Assembly (NCBI GenBank): GCA_965215195.1
Contig: CBDCDC010000002.1
Location: 1,984,001-2,048,000, forward strand
Origin: Candidatus Latescibacterota bacterium
GTDB taxonomy: Bacteria > Latescibacterota > UBA2968 > UBA8231
Direction of reading: 5' to 3'
DNA: 64,000 bases
In this document: positions 48,516-58,192 of the stretch, in pieces
Layout: each line of letters opens with the position of its first letter
How positions within the stretch are numbered: the first letter of the stretch is position 1
Made by a program: the position numbers and the translations under genes
Notes under the pieces: generated by a model
Told to the model about the DNA's origin: nothing
What the model saw: only the letters and a program-made list of their open reading frames with translations
Databases searched by the model: none

Positions 48516-49493
48516 TCAGCGGATAGCGATCGGCCGCCCCGGCGATCCAGTGCCGCCCTTGAAGCGAGTCGGCGTGAATATAAAGAGGAATTCGTACACC
48601 TCGTCGGCCAACACTTCTTCAAAGACCATGTTCTCTAGGTTGAAGATGCCGTTCTTGGTGATGAGTTCTTGGTGGACCGGGAAGGCCTGCTTGGGGTCGG
48701 GGCCGGGCACGACTTCAGTGGTCCACTGGTCCGATCCGATCATCGAGGGTTTCATGGAGATGATCCACTCGCTCGCCTCCATGCCGATGCCGGGCGGGTT
48801 GGTGTTGTAGGTTTCAGGGTCCTTCCACAGCTTGGACCAGCCGTAGTTGAAGAGCAGGGCGTCGCCCTCTTGGATGCTGCTTTCGGCGATCTCCTGCTTT
48901 GCGAGCGCGCCGCGAATATCGGCGACGGTGACCTCGTAGCTGTGGTCGAGGTGCTCAACGCCCTTGTAGCCAGCAATGTCGATGAGTATGCCGCGGGTGA
49001 CAAAGGAGCGCACGTGTTCAATGCCCAGCTTGGTGACGCCATAGGCTCCGGCCATTTCGTCGGCCGTAACGCCGTTGTAGAATACGTCTTGGGTCGAGCT
49101 GTCGGCCATGGTCATGCGCGTACCAATGTGGGCCAGCCCGTCGAACTGAGTGCCTACTTGGCCGATCTCGGCGCAGAGGAACTCGTCGTGGTACATGAGC
49201 ATGTTGTTCTCGCCGAAGGGGCCGCCGGTGGGCGAACCGGGGATGAACATTGCATACGTGCGCTCGCCAAACAGCGGCATACCGCGCTCGTATATCTGAC
49301 CCAGCTCGTACATCTGGCCGGTCTTGACTAGTTGCACGGCCTTGAGGATGGTTGCGGCGGTGATGCGATTGGATGCGCCGGCTTGATCGTCGGCCCCCCA
49401 CTCCGAGGGCCACCAAGGCCCTTGTTCGCGGGTCTGGGAAAAGCACGGCAGGGACAGGGCGAACACGAGGAGCGCCGAGATGAGCGACTTCAT
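48516..49493 (-). CDS. Secreted cyclase-family (kynurenine formamidase-like) metal hydrolase
   Basis: Signal peptide from ATG 49493; WGADDQAGA.N, GTQFDGLAH, RGILID, GGTGSPGRPIAI. Confidence 0.85.
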   Translation of the reverse strand: MKSLISALLVFALSLPCFSQTREQGPWWPSEWGADDQAGASNRITAATILKAVQLVKTGQMYELGQIYERGMPLFGERTYAMFIPGSPTGGPFGENNMLMYHDEFLCAEIGQVGTQFDGLAHIGTRMTMADSSTQDVFYNGVTADEMAGAYGVTKLGIEHVRSFVTRGILIDIAGYKGVEHLDHSYEVTVADIRGALAKQEIAESSIQEGDALLFNYGWSKLWKDPETYNTNPPGIGMEASEWIISMKPSMIGSDQWTTEVVPGPDPKQAFPVHQELITKNGIFNLENMVFEEVLADEVYEFLFIFTPTRFKGGTGSPGRPIAIR

Positions 49494-49590
49494 GGGTTCC
49501 TCCTTGGTAAATGGGGCGCGGAAATTCACCGCGATGGTATAAGGAAATTGCGGCCCTGAATCAAGCAGGGAGTGCGCCGATTCCCCATCC

Positions 49591-50043
49591 TCAGATGAGC
49601 TTGACCACAACTAGAATTACAATGGCGATCACCAGCGTGGTAGGCACTTCGTTGAGGCAGCGGAAAAACCGCTCGCTCTTTTGGTTCTCGCCGCGCACAA
49701 AAGCCTTGCGATAGGAGGCGAGCATGCCGTGGAGGGCGGCCATGGCGAGCACTAGCGCCAGCTTGATGTGCATCCAGTAGCCGGTGCCGGGCGCGCCGGC
49801 ACCCGTGGCGAGGATGAGCAGAATGCCGGTGATAAAAGAAACGGCCATCGCCGGATTCATAATCACCCGCAGCAACTTGCGCTCCATGACCTTGAAGGTC
49901 TCGTCGGCTTCCGAGTTAGGGGTAACTTGGCAGTGATAGACATAGAGGCGCGGCAGATAAAACATGCCGACCATCCAGAAGATGACGAAGATGACGTGAA
50001 CGGCTTTGATCCACATTTGGTATTCGCTTGCAAATGCACTCAT
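49591..50043 (-). CDS. hemJ: Protoporphyrinogen oxidase HemJ
   Basis: WIKAVHVIFVIFWM.GMFYLPRLYVYH, MERKL...IMNPAM, WMHIKL, FR..NEVPT. Confidence 0.92.
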   Translation of the reverse strand: MSAFASEYQMWIKAVHVIFVIFWMVGMFYLPRLYVYHCQVTPNSEADETFKVMERKLLRVIMNPAMAVSFITGILLILATGAGAPGTGYWMHIKLALVLAMAALHGMLASYRKAFVRGENQKSERFFRCLNEVPTTLVIAIVILVVVKLI

Positions 50044-50057
50044 AGGGGAAAACTCCT

Positions 50058-50711
50058 CTACGCGGAGCCGCAGTAGGTGCGCGTCGTTGCCAGCGCAGCT
50101 TCGTGGAGGGCATTGACCGTTTCGGCCTCTAGGCCCATGTCGATGTTGGGAATGGACTTGGACCGGCCGATAAAGAGCGTCGCGTAAAATGCGCAAGCCG
50201 CCAGATAGGACCCGGCGAGATTGGGGTGGCTTTGGTCCTTGTCGTGCAGGACGATATCGGGATGCGCCGCTAGACAGTGCTGCCAAGCTAGCCCCGCAGG
50301 CACGACGGTCGCGCCGATCGCGCGCCCCACTTCGGTGTAGGTCTCGCTCAAAGCGGCTTGGGTCTCGGGAGCGTTTTGCCGCGCCCAAGTCATGTAGAGT
50401 ACGGTGTGCGCCGGTGTCGCTTTAATTATGGCGTCGAACTCGCGGATATTTTCTCCGCTGCGCTTGGGGTTTTTCACCGGCAGGGTGCTTTGCTCCTGCA
50501 ACACGACGTAGTCCCAGCGGGATGCCTGCAAGCGCGTTTGTGCCGCGCCCTTGTTCAAGTGGGTCCTGAGCGAGGCCCCGCCGCCGCTGATGAGTTCGCA
50601 TTCCAACGCTCCCTTGCCGCCGGCACAGACGAGTTGGGCGAGGAGGCCGGGCAGATCATTGCGTGCGGTGAAGCTGTTGCCAATGAAAAGGGCGCGGGTG
50701 ATATTGGCCAT
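50058..50711 (-). CDS. SGNH/GDSL-like hydrolase
   Basis: LFIGNSFT, WDYVVLQEQS, D.SHP...GSYL.A. Confidence 0.8.
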   Translation of the reverse strand: MANITRALFIGNSFTARNDLPGLLAQLVCAGGKGALECELISGGGASLRTHLNKGAAQTRLQASRWDYVVLQEQSTLPVKNPKRSGENIREFDAIIKATPAHTVLYMTWARQNAPETQAALSETYTEVGRAIGATVVPAGLAWQHCLAAHPDIVLHDKDQSHPNLAGSYLAACAFYATLFIGRSKSIPNIDMGLEAETVNALHEAALATTRTYCGSA

Positions 50712-50851
50712 AATCAGTCCTTAATTTGGGTTGCGGTGTGTCCTGTGCTCAACATAAACACCGCTTCGCCTCGCGCCAAGTGCCATCCCAAGCGGCACAC
50801 AGGACCTCAATGGCGGCGATTTTCGTGCAGTTTAATACGGGAGAACTTCAG

Positions 50852-51619
50852 ATGGAACAAAGTGTCGAGCAGTACGAGCGGGACGGGTATTGCATCGCGG
50901 ATGAGCAGATTGCGCCGGACGATGTGTTGGAAAGGGCCTTGCAGGGGATGGTGGCGGTGCGCGATGGGGTATTTGATATGGGGCTGCCGCCGACCGAGCA
51001 TCCCGGGTACGATCGAGGGGTGTTGTGCAAGATCAACAATCCGCATCGGTCAGATACAGGACTCTATGAATTGGTGACCTGCCCACAAGTGGGGCGCAAG
51101 GTCGCCGAGGTGACAGGTGCCCAGCGGGTGCAGGTGTGGGCGAGCCAGTTGCTGATCAAACCGCCGGGATCCGCGGCCGCGGGACACGTCGGCTGGCACC
51201 AAGACCGGCAGTACTGGCGCATGTGGCAGCAAGACGAAGGGCTTTTTACGGCGTGGATCGCGCTGTGCGATGTGGGGGAGCAGTCGGGGCCGATGCGCTT
51301 TGTGCGCGGGTCGCACCGTTGGGGCTTTTTGAATCAGGGAAATTTCTTCGACAAGGACCAGCACAAGCTGCGCGAGGGCATTGCGCTGCCGGCGGGCGCG
51401 ACTTGGGAGGAAGTGCCGGCGCTGATGCCCTTGGGCGGGCTTAGCGTCCACCACTGCCTGACCTACCACGGCTCCAACGCCAATGTCTCGGATGCGGTGC
51501 GCTGGAGCTTGGCCGTGCATTTGCGCGACGAACGGGCCGTGCCAGTGCCCGGCGACCAGGGCTATTACACCGCGCATTTGGACGATCCCCAGATTTGCCC
51601 GGTGATGTACGAAACCTAG
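50852..51619 (+). CDS. Phytanoyl-CoA dioxygenase family protein
   Basis: YERDGY, KPPG, GWHQD, TAWIAL, GSH, HHCLTYHGS. Confidence 0.9.
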   Translation: MEQSVEQYERDGYCIADEQIAPDDVLERALQGMVAVRDGVFDMGLPPTEHPGYDRGVLCKINNPHRSDTGLYELVTCPQVGRKVAEVTGAQRVQVWASQLLIKPPGSAAAGHVGWHQDRQYWRMWQQDEGLFTAWIALCDVGEQSGPMRFVRGSHRWGFLNQGNFFDKDQHKLREGIALPAGATWEEVPALMPLGGLSVHHCLTYHGSNANVSDAVRWSLAVHLRDERAVPVPGDQGYYTAHLDDPQICPVMYET

Positions 51620-51779
51620 CCGCCAACAAGAGCAATGTCGCGCCTGAAGGTAGGGGGAAGTGCGTCTGATGTGTTCATCGGCGTTTATTGGAATAGTCTG
51701 AATGGCCTCTTTGATCGGGTTGCTCTCCCACCGCAGAGAGGCGTCGCGTTCTATCGGCAAAGGCGAGCGAATAGGGCTA

Positions 51780-51956
51780 AACCCCCGGCGGACCGCGTTG
51801 AGTAGCGGTCAAGCGGCCCTCGGATGGAGCGTTTTTCGAGGGCGAGACGCCCGCGATCCTAGGCGGATGGCGCGTTTTGCGAGGGCGAGACGCCCTCGAT
51901 CCTCGATTGTTTGCTGCACACAAGGGACGATACCCGGAACTTTCAGACCGCTTCTA
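51780..51956. mobile_element. MITE family B, inverted partial copy
   Basis: Reverse-complement match to about 41383-41580 (ttgtttgctgcacacaagggacg...ttcagaccgcttc); overlaps the aminotransferase stop codon. Confidence 0.75.
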
Positions 51957-53132
51957 AGGCAGGGCCTCGAGAAGGCGATCGATATCCTCGTGGTTGTTGT
52001 ACACCGAGGGTGAGAGGCGCATCTTGTTGCCGAAACGCATCGCCACCTGAACATTGGCACTCCTGCAACTGGCCAAGACCGCTTCGGGGTGTGGAGCTAC
52101 GAAGGAGAGTATGGGGCTTTCGTTCCCCTGCGGCGTGATCGATTTGTACCCCCTCTGCGGCAACTCCTCCTGCAGGCGATCGGTCAGGTCTCTCGCGTGG
52201 TTGCGGATTCTGTCGACTCCGAGGCGCAGGATGTACTGCAGGCTCTCCTGGGCGCACACGACTCCTTCGTACGAGGGGTAACTGACCTCGTAGGCACCGA
52301 CTCCGGTCGGGGATGAAAACGATATCTCCTCTCTGGCCGAATCGGGCTCTTCCACCCAGGGGGGATAGTTGAGTGTCACACCACCCGTGGGCTGAGACGG
52401 TTTGAGTACGTCGAGCTGCAGATCGGAGCGAACGTACAGAAACCCAAACCCTTTGACGCCCATCAGCCACTTGAACGTCGAACAAGCCGCAAAGTCGATG
52501 CCCATCGCCTTGACGTCGATCGGAACACCGCCCGCAGCTTGCATGATATCGACATACAGATACGCGCCGTTGTCGTGAGCCAGCTTGCTCAGCGCCGCGA
52601 CATCTGCGACATACCCATTGACGTTTGACACCAATGCCACCGAGATCAGCCGGGTGTTGCCATCGACCGCGTCTTCCATGGCGGCCATGTCGATTTGCCA
52701 GTTGCGATGTGTCGCCAATACTGGCGACAGACTGCTCTTGACGATCCGCACATCGAGACCTTGCTGCTCGCGAAACTTGTAATTGTATATGCAGGGGTTG
52801 AAATTCAGATCCGACATCACCACATTGCCGCCCGCCAGATGATCCCGCAAGCCGTTGAGAATATTGCTCTCCGATTCCACCGTGCTGCGCGCAAAGGCGA
52901 TTTCTCCGGGATCGGCGTTGATGAGCCGGGCAAATAGGGCCTTGGCCTCGGCTCGCGGCGGTGCCCAGGCCGGCCACCACGGCTCCCCCACTTCGTGCGC
53001 GACCCAATCGACGTACCGGTGCAGGGCCGCCACCGAATGTACACTGATCGGATGCGACGAGGCGTTGTCGAAGTACGCCATGGTCCGCGCGCGCGGGAAG
53101 TCTTCGCGCACTCTCTCGAAAAGATCTGTCAT
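51954..53132 (-). CDS. PLP-dependent class V aminotransferase / cysteine desulfurase-like protein
   Basis: YFDNAS, VDIMQAAG, STFKWLMG..GFGFLY, RLSPSVYN..EDI. Confidence 0.9.
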   Translation of the reverse strand: MTDLFERVREDFPRARTMAYFDNASSHPISVHSVAALHRYVDWVAHEVGEPWWPAWAPPRAEAKALFARLINADPGEIAFARSTVESESNILNGLRDHLAGGNVVMSDLNFNPCIYNYKFREQQGLDVRIVKSSLSPVLATHRNWQIDMAAMEDAVDGNTRLISVALVSNVNGYVADVAALSKLAHDNGAYLYVDIMQAAGGVPIDVKAMGIDFAACSTFKWLMGVKGFGFLYVRSDLQLDVLKPSQPTGGVTLNYPPWVEEPDSAREEISFSSPTGVGAYEVSYPSYEGVVCAQESLQYILRLGVDRIRNHARDLTDRLQEELPQRGYKSITPQGNESPILSFVAPHPEAVLASCRSANVQVAMRFGNKMRLSPSVYNNHEDIDRLLEALP

Positions 53133-53173
53133 ATCTGGTATCCTCGGTATGAAACCTGCGTTATACTCATAAT

Positions 53174-53342
53174 CTGATGTTACGCATGGGCATCTGGGTA
53201 TCAGATGCTTTGACTCCGCTTCGCTGCGCTCAGCATGACGCGGAGAAGCAGCAAACTAGCATTTGTCATGCTGAGCGTAGCGCTTCACCGCGCCTTTAGG
53301 CGTGACAGCATCCCATACCTAGGGGCCTGTGCCTAACATCAG
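53174..53342. repeat. MITE/REP family C with CTGATGTTA(C/G)GCA inverted ends
   Basis: ctgatgttacgca ... tgcctaacatcag; internal gctcagcatgac/gtcatgctgagc hairpin and one family B REP; related ends at 59941-59971, 60622, 60925. Confidence 0.65.
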
Positions 53343-53379
53343 TCATAATGTTGTTTTTTATTACCAGCATCTACGGCGG

Positions 53380-53955
53380 CTACAGATCCTTGTACCAAGT
53401 CAGTTGCACCTCGTCTAGGCCCTCGGTACGGTAGGCGTAGAGGTGGACTTGACCGAGCTTGGCACCCATGCGGGCGTAGAAGCGGCAGGCGGGCACGTTG
53501 ATGTTTTGGGTCTCGATCTTGAGCTGGGTGCAGCCCTGCTGCTTGGCGCAGGTCTCGGCGCGTTGAAAGAGCGCCCTGCCCACGCCTCGTCCTTGATATC
53601 CGGGCCGCACGCGGATGTCCCAGAGGCCGGCTAGATCTTCGCGCCCTTCACAGTAGTCTAAGCCCTCTCCGTGAAAGGCGACAATAGCCCCGCCGATGCG
53701 CTCCTGCCCCCTATATGCGGCGAGGACAATCCACCGCGAGAGGTCCCATGTTCTTCGGGTCCAGCGTTCCGGGCCGCCGAAGTGGTCGTAATTTTTGACG
53801 TAGGGAGGATCGACGGGTTCTTCGACCAGCCGGATTCCCCCCAAGCCATTGGCGACGAGTTCGATGCGAAAGCGGCTTTTTACTTCAAGCGCGATGGGCA
53901 CCCGGCCGTATTCGGACAGGACGTCGAGGCTTTCTTTTTCGATGCGAAAATCCAT
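53380..53955 (-). CDS. GNAT N-acetyltransferase (streptothricin acetyltransferase-like)
   Basis: LWDIRV.P.YQGRGVG, LKIETQNINVPACRFY...G. Confidence 0.88.
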   Translation of the reverse strand: MDFRIEKESLDVLSEYGRVPIALEVKSRFRIELVANGLGGIRLVEEPVDPPYVKNYDHFGGPERWTRRTWDLSRWIVLAAYRGQERIGGAIVAFHGEGLDYCEGREDLAGLWDIRVRPGYQGRGVGRALFQRAETCAKQQGCTQLKIETQNINVPACRFYARMGAKLGQVHLYAYRTEGLDEVQLTWYKDL

Positions 53956-54130
53956 TGGTGAAGCAGTCTCCTTGCGGTGCCCTTGGGCTGGAAGCTGGCC
54001 GACGAACCGCGGCCCAAGACGCCCATGCGACGGACCGCCGAGAGATTTTAAGACAGGTTCCGAGAGAGGACCGCGAAGAAGTTGAGAGTTGATTCCCTGT
54101 CCTACATAGCCGCTTGTGGAGCGGTGAGAA

Positions 54131-55693
54131 TCAGTTCTTCAGTTCAAAGAAAAACAAATTGCCCACGCGATCGGACAGCCGATAACGTTGCGGGGCGAAA
54201 AAGTTCGATATTTGCTTACTCTGCCCTTTCCGACACATGACTAGGCAATCAAACTTTAGATATTTTTCAAACTTCTGAGAATCTTGCGAAATGTTGAAAG
54301 GGGCCCTGACTTGGTCGAAAACGACGACTGCCTCTTTTTCGTCAAAAGCCTGAAGGTCCTTTTTCGACAGTCCAATGGCACCAATACTGCTACAGGCTTC
54401 GATTCTTTCGGCGTTTCTCTCCCAAAAAGTTCTGTTTAGAGAAGGCATCTCATAAACAATATGACTAGTTAGCCACACAAAGACCAATGCCAAAATCCAC
54501 TCTAAAACATTCTTATACTTCCAGTTTCTGACGAAACTTCCGACACCCAAGGCGACGATGAAACTCATGGCGACGTACACAGACGCCAGATTGCGGCTGA
54601 GATATGTCCCTGAGTTTGAAAGAGACCAGATCACAAAAACAAGGATAATCCCCAAAGCATAGGCAGGCACAAGCTGCTGTTTCGGGGACTTTGCAAGCCA
54701 TGACAAACTCGCGGCAAACAGCAAGACGACGGGATAGCCTACATCGTCGAAAATGTTGAGAAGAAATTCCACGCCGCCCTCTCGCGTGATACGATGCCCG
54801 GTTTTGTAGTGATAGACGTTGGCCAGCGTTTCGTTGAGAAAAGAGAACAGGGATTCGGAATACAAATTGATCGAGAACAGGAACGCAGCAGCGAACAAAA
54901 GGTAGGTTTCGATGAGAATGTTAGCCTTGTGACGTTGCTCCCAAGCATTGACGACCATGTAGACAAACACCGGGCCAACGATCATGATCCCCGTCAGCTT
55001 GGCTGATAATGCGGCGGCAGACAAAATTCCCAGTAACGCGGCCGTGCGATGCGTCGGCGTTCTGGCACGGAGACAGAGAAATGCCGCGGTGTTGAAAATC
55101 AAGAACAGCGCAGTCTCGGAGTAAAAGACTCTGAATTGTAAAAAAACAAGCGAGCTGGCCAGTATCAAACTTCCGAACGCAGCCGCGGCTGCGAAGCCAA
55201 ACCGGCTAAACAAGGCCCATATAACCAAACAAAAAGAGCAAACAGCCATAACTCCGAAAGCCAATCTCAGAAAAAAAACATAGTCTTGGATGTTAGGGTC
55301 GTGACGGACGGCGTCCATGCTGACAAAGTGTTCTCGAAGATAGTAGCCGCCTGGGTAATTCCAGCCGGTCTGGTAGTGTTCGCCCCCCATCTGGCTGTTC
55401 ATGTAGTAAAGCCCCAAGGGATAGAGAAATCGCACGAACCATCTATTCGTTTCACCAACGCGGGCAGTGGGGACGGCTTCTTCCCATGGACTTAAAATTC
55501 TCGTTCCGAGAACTAGCGTATGTACTTCGTCAGTGGAGAAGCTATTTATCCCGAGGCTACATAAGTTAAAAATCCATGCCGAAGATACCAGAAAAAACAC
55601 GAACAACACGAAGACGATCACATGGTGTGTATTGACGGCACGTGCGTTTGCCATACTCCTCAATAAGAGATTGAATTTGTGTCTTCTGTTCAT
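54131..55693 (-). CDS. Multi-pass membrane glycosyltransferase (GT-C/PMT-like)
   Basis: DE in first loop (STDE), about 11 TM segments, SE and AKLTG motifs; low GC; last gene of the glycosylation operon. Confidence 0.65.
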   Translation of the reverse strand: MNRRHKFNLLLRSMANARAVNTHHVIVFVLFVFFLVSSAWIFNLCSLGINSFSTDEVHTLVLGTRILSPWEEAVPTARVGETNRWFVRFLYPLGLYYMNSQMGGEHYQTGWNYPGGYYLREHFVSMDAVRHDPNIQDYVFFLRLAFGVMAVCSFCLVIWALFSRFGFAAAAAFGSLILASSLVFLQFRVFYSETALFLIFNTAAFLCLRARTPTHRTAALLGILSAAALSAKLTGIMIVGPVFVYMVVNAWEQRHKANILIETYLLFAAAFLFSINLYSESLFSFLNETLANVYHYKTGHRITREGGVEFLLNIFDDVGYPVVLLFAASLSWLAKSPKQQLVPAYALGIILVFVIWSLSNSGTYLSRNLASVYVAMSFIVALGVGSFVRNWKYKNVLEWILALVFVWLTSHIVYEMPSLNRTFWERNAERIEACSSIGAIGLSKKDLQAFDEKEAVVVFDQVRAPFNISQDSQKFEKYLKFDCLVMCRKGQSKQISNFFAPQRYRLSDRVGNLFFFELKN

Positions 55694-55768
55694 CGTGAGA
55701 TGCCTCCTGTCGAGACCCGTTTCCCAAGATGTGTTCTCCGATACTGCTCGGTTTCCCAGTTGACGAGA

Positions 55769-56374
55769 TCATTCGCCGTAACCGGCTTGTTCCCACAACT
55801 CCGGGTGCTTCGTGCAAACGGCCTCGGGCCGAATTTGACGCTCGGTCAGCCGCCTCGCCAGAGAGGGGATTTCCGCCGCCGGGTCGTGTCCCTGCAATTC
55901 CGGCGAGGCCAAGCAGAGCCTGAAGCCGGCCTCCCCGAGCCGGCGTACGTCGTCACGTGTCAGGGGAAATCGGGTGAAGCAGTCCACCCAGCCCCAGTCG
56001 ACCCATCTGGCCAAGGTCAGGGCCGTTTCGATGGCTTCGAACTCAGAAACGCGCACAGCGCAACGGCGTTCGCCCGCCTCGGCGCATTGCACGAGGGAAG
56101 GGAAGGACTGATCCAAAAAAAAGTAATCCTCAATACCCCTTGCCCGTAGTAGAGCAGTCACGCGCTCCTCCAGACCCTCTTCCTTGACATTGAGGATCAG
56201 GGTTCCGTGTTGGTAGGCGTCGAGCCAGTCCTTGAAATCCTCGCCGTCGACGAAGGGATCGTGATGGAGGATCAGTTTGCCCCCGGTGCTGCGTATATCG
56301 ACTTCGACGCCATACCGCGTCGGAGTCGCCTTGAGCTCTGACAGCGTGTTGCGACGATGAGCGATCAGCTCCAT
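55769..56374 (-). CDS. Glycerophosphodiester phosphodiesterase / PI-PLC-like protein
   Basis: IAHRRN, GVEVDIR, LHHDP, ILNVKE, WVDCF, SPELQG, AVCT. Confidence 0.8.
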   Translation of the reverse strand: MELIAHRRNTLSELKATPTRYGVEVDIRSTGGKLILHHDPFVDGEDFKDWLDAYQHGTLILNVKEEGLEERVTALLRARGIEDYFFLDQSFPSLVQCAEAGERRCAVRVSEFEAIETALTLARWVDWGWVDCFTRFPLTRDDVRRLGEAGFRLCLASPELQGHDPAAEIPSLARRLTERQIRPEAVCTKHPELWEQAGYGE

Positions 56375-57081
56375 GGCGATTTCAGGGTCCTTTTCAGATG
56401 CAGGCTGAAGGCTACGGTTCTGCGTATGAACTTCCACTTAGCCGTCCAATTGACGTTCCAATGCGAGACGCCGTGGGCGCGCGGGCCGAACTCGACCGGG
56501 AAGCGATGGATGTCGAGGCCCGCGGCATGGGCTTGGTAGTAGGCGTACAGATCGAGCGAAAAGTCGCACGGAGGTGCCTTCCATGTATCAAGGAAGTCGC
56601 GGGAGAACATTGTCGGCTGCGCGTTGATGTCCAGCATCGGTCTGGCGAGCAGAAGCGTTTCAAACACGCTCATGCCTGCCGTGAAGACGACGTCCATCAA
56701 GGGGCGGCCATGGCGGCGACCCTTGACGAAGATGTTCCGGCCGTGCCTCTGAAACAGTTCAAGCCCGCGCAGAGTATCTTGGGGATCGGTCTGCAGATCG
56801 GCATGCGTCCAGCCCAGGATCTCGCCACCGGCCGCGGCGAGGCCGGCCAGAATTCCGGAGCCGTAGCCCCGATTATTCTCGACGCGTACGCTCCGGCAAC
56901 CGGGATACCCCGGCAGCAACGTTCGCAAGATCGCCGCGGTGTCGTCCGTCGATCCATTATCGACCAGCACGACTTCTATGTCGGGCCTGACGGCCAAGCT
57001 GCCACACTTCTCGAGCAGCAGGGGAAGGTTGTCGGCCTCGTTGTAGCACGGGATCACGAGCGACAACTCATGCGGCTTCAT
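56365..57081 (-). CDS. GT2 polyprenol-phosphate glycosyltransferase (GtrB/DPM1-like)
   Basis: LSLVIPCYNEA, VDNGSTD, NRGYG, HADLQ, R.HG.S.W. Confidence 0.9.
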   Translation of the reverse strand: MKPHELSLVIPCYNEADNLPLLLEKCGSLAVRPDIEVVLVDNGSTDDTAAILRTLLPGYPGCRSVRVENNRGYGSGILAGLAAAGGEILGWTHADLQTDPQDTLRGLELFQRHGRNIFVKGRRHGRPLMDVVFTAGMSVFETLLLARPMLDINAQPTMFSRDFLDTWKAPPCDFSLDLYAYYQAHAAGLDIHRFPVEFGPRAHGVSHWNVNWTAKWKFIRRTVAFSLHLKRTLKSPWS

Positions 57082-57793
57082 GCGCTGCCTCCGACACGAC
57101 GAGAACAAAGCCGCCCATGCCGTAGGTGAAGACGTGTCTCGCCTTGATCCGGCTTTCAGCGACGAACTCGGAAAAAGCACGCCGGACTCCCCGGTCTTCG
57201 CGGCCCCGATAGGAAAAATAGTCATCGAGCATGATGAACGTGCCCTGCTGTATCGCCGGCTTGCAAAATGCCAAGGCCTGACTTGCGCTGACGAACGTGT
57301 CGCTGTCGATAAAGATGATTCGGGCCTTCTCGATTCCTATTTTTTGCGCTCCATGTCTCAGCGATTCGTTGAAGAATCCGGGAATCAATTGAAACGCGAC
57401 GTCACCTGCAACCTTATGAACCCGGCGCTCGACCGCCGACGGGTTAGTTGCGAAATTTTCGTCGGTATAGAAAGGATGCCGGTCCTCTTCCTTCAGGGGG
57501 CCGAAGCCGGCAAACGAATCGAAACCATAGAACGTCGTGCCGGCAATATTCGGGTTGAGCTTGGCGAGACTTTTGTAGCAGCGGATCGAATGGCAAAACG
57601 AACTGCCTGTGAAAACACCGAACTCGAGGTAGTCTCCCTCGATATCCTCCATCGCGGAAAGGTAATGCACTTTCTTGAGAGCATAGTACTTCGCCATATT
57701 GTGTACAACGGCCGGATTCAGGCCCGCGATAAGGGCGGAAGCCCAATCCTGCAAAAATTCCAATTTGAGTAAAAGTCCAAATTTCTTTGCCAT
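57068..57793 (-). CDS. TylF/MycF-family O-methyltransferase
   Basis: IEGDYLEFGVF.GSS, GFDSF.G, GFF.ESL, IDSD, LDDY. Confidence 0.85.
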   Translation of the reverse strand: MAKKFGLLLKLEFLQDWASALIAGLNPAVVHNMAKYYALKKVHYLSAMEDIEGDYLEFGVFTGSSFCHSIRCYKSLAKLNPNIAGTTFYGFDSFAGFGPLKEEDRHPFYTDENFATNPSAVERRVHKVAGDVAFQLIPGFFNESLRHGAQKIGIEKARIIFIDSDTFVSASQALAFCKPAIQQGTFIMLDDYFSYRGREDRGVRRAFSEFVAESRIKARHVFTYGMGGFVLVVSEAAHEAA

Positions 57794-57797
57794 AGCT

Positions 57798-58192
57798 CTA
57801 TACGCTCTTTCTTCTCCGTCCAAAGACCAACCACTTTAATCCGATGAAATTGTTTCCCGCCGCGAACGTCGCCCCGACCAGCCAGCTCATCGTATGATTT
57901 AGCATCGAACCGTTGACGAGCACAGTGATGATCGTGCTCATGCCAAGACCGCCCGCGGCATACACGAGAAGAAAGCGGACGACGCTGGCCACGGTGAAAT
58001 CGAATCTGTGGCCGAAGACCCACGTTCTGCCGAAGTGATAGGAACACAGGAGCCCGAACAGATACCCCACGATGGCAGACGCGAAGACCGGCACCCGGAG
58101 GGACGACAGAAAAAGAAGCCCAGGTAGTTGGCGATATTCGATCCGATCCCAACGAGCAGGAAGCGCAGAACGTCCGTGTCAAGCCGGGTCAT
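57798..58192 (-). pseudogene. GtrA-family flippase with a frameshift in a homopolymer run
   Basis: MTRLDTDVLRFLLVG...NYLGFF continues in another frame as LRVPVFASAIVGY...SYHFGRTWVF...NF.GLKWLVF; adding one base to the A5 run at 58110-58114 restores the frame. Confidence 0.75.
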
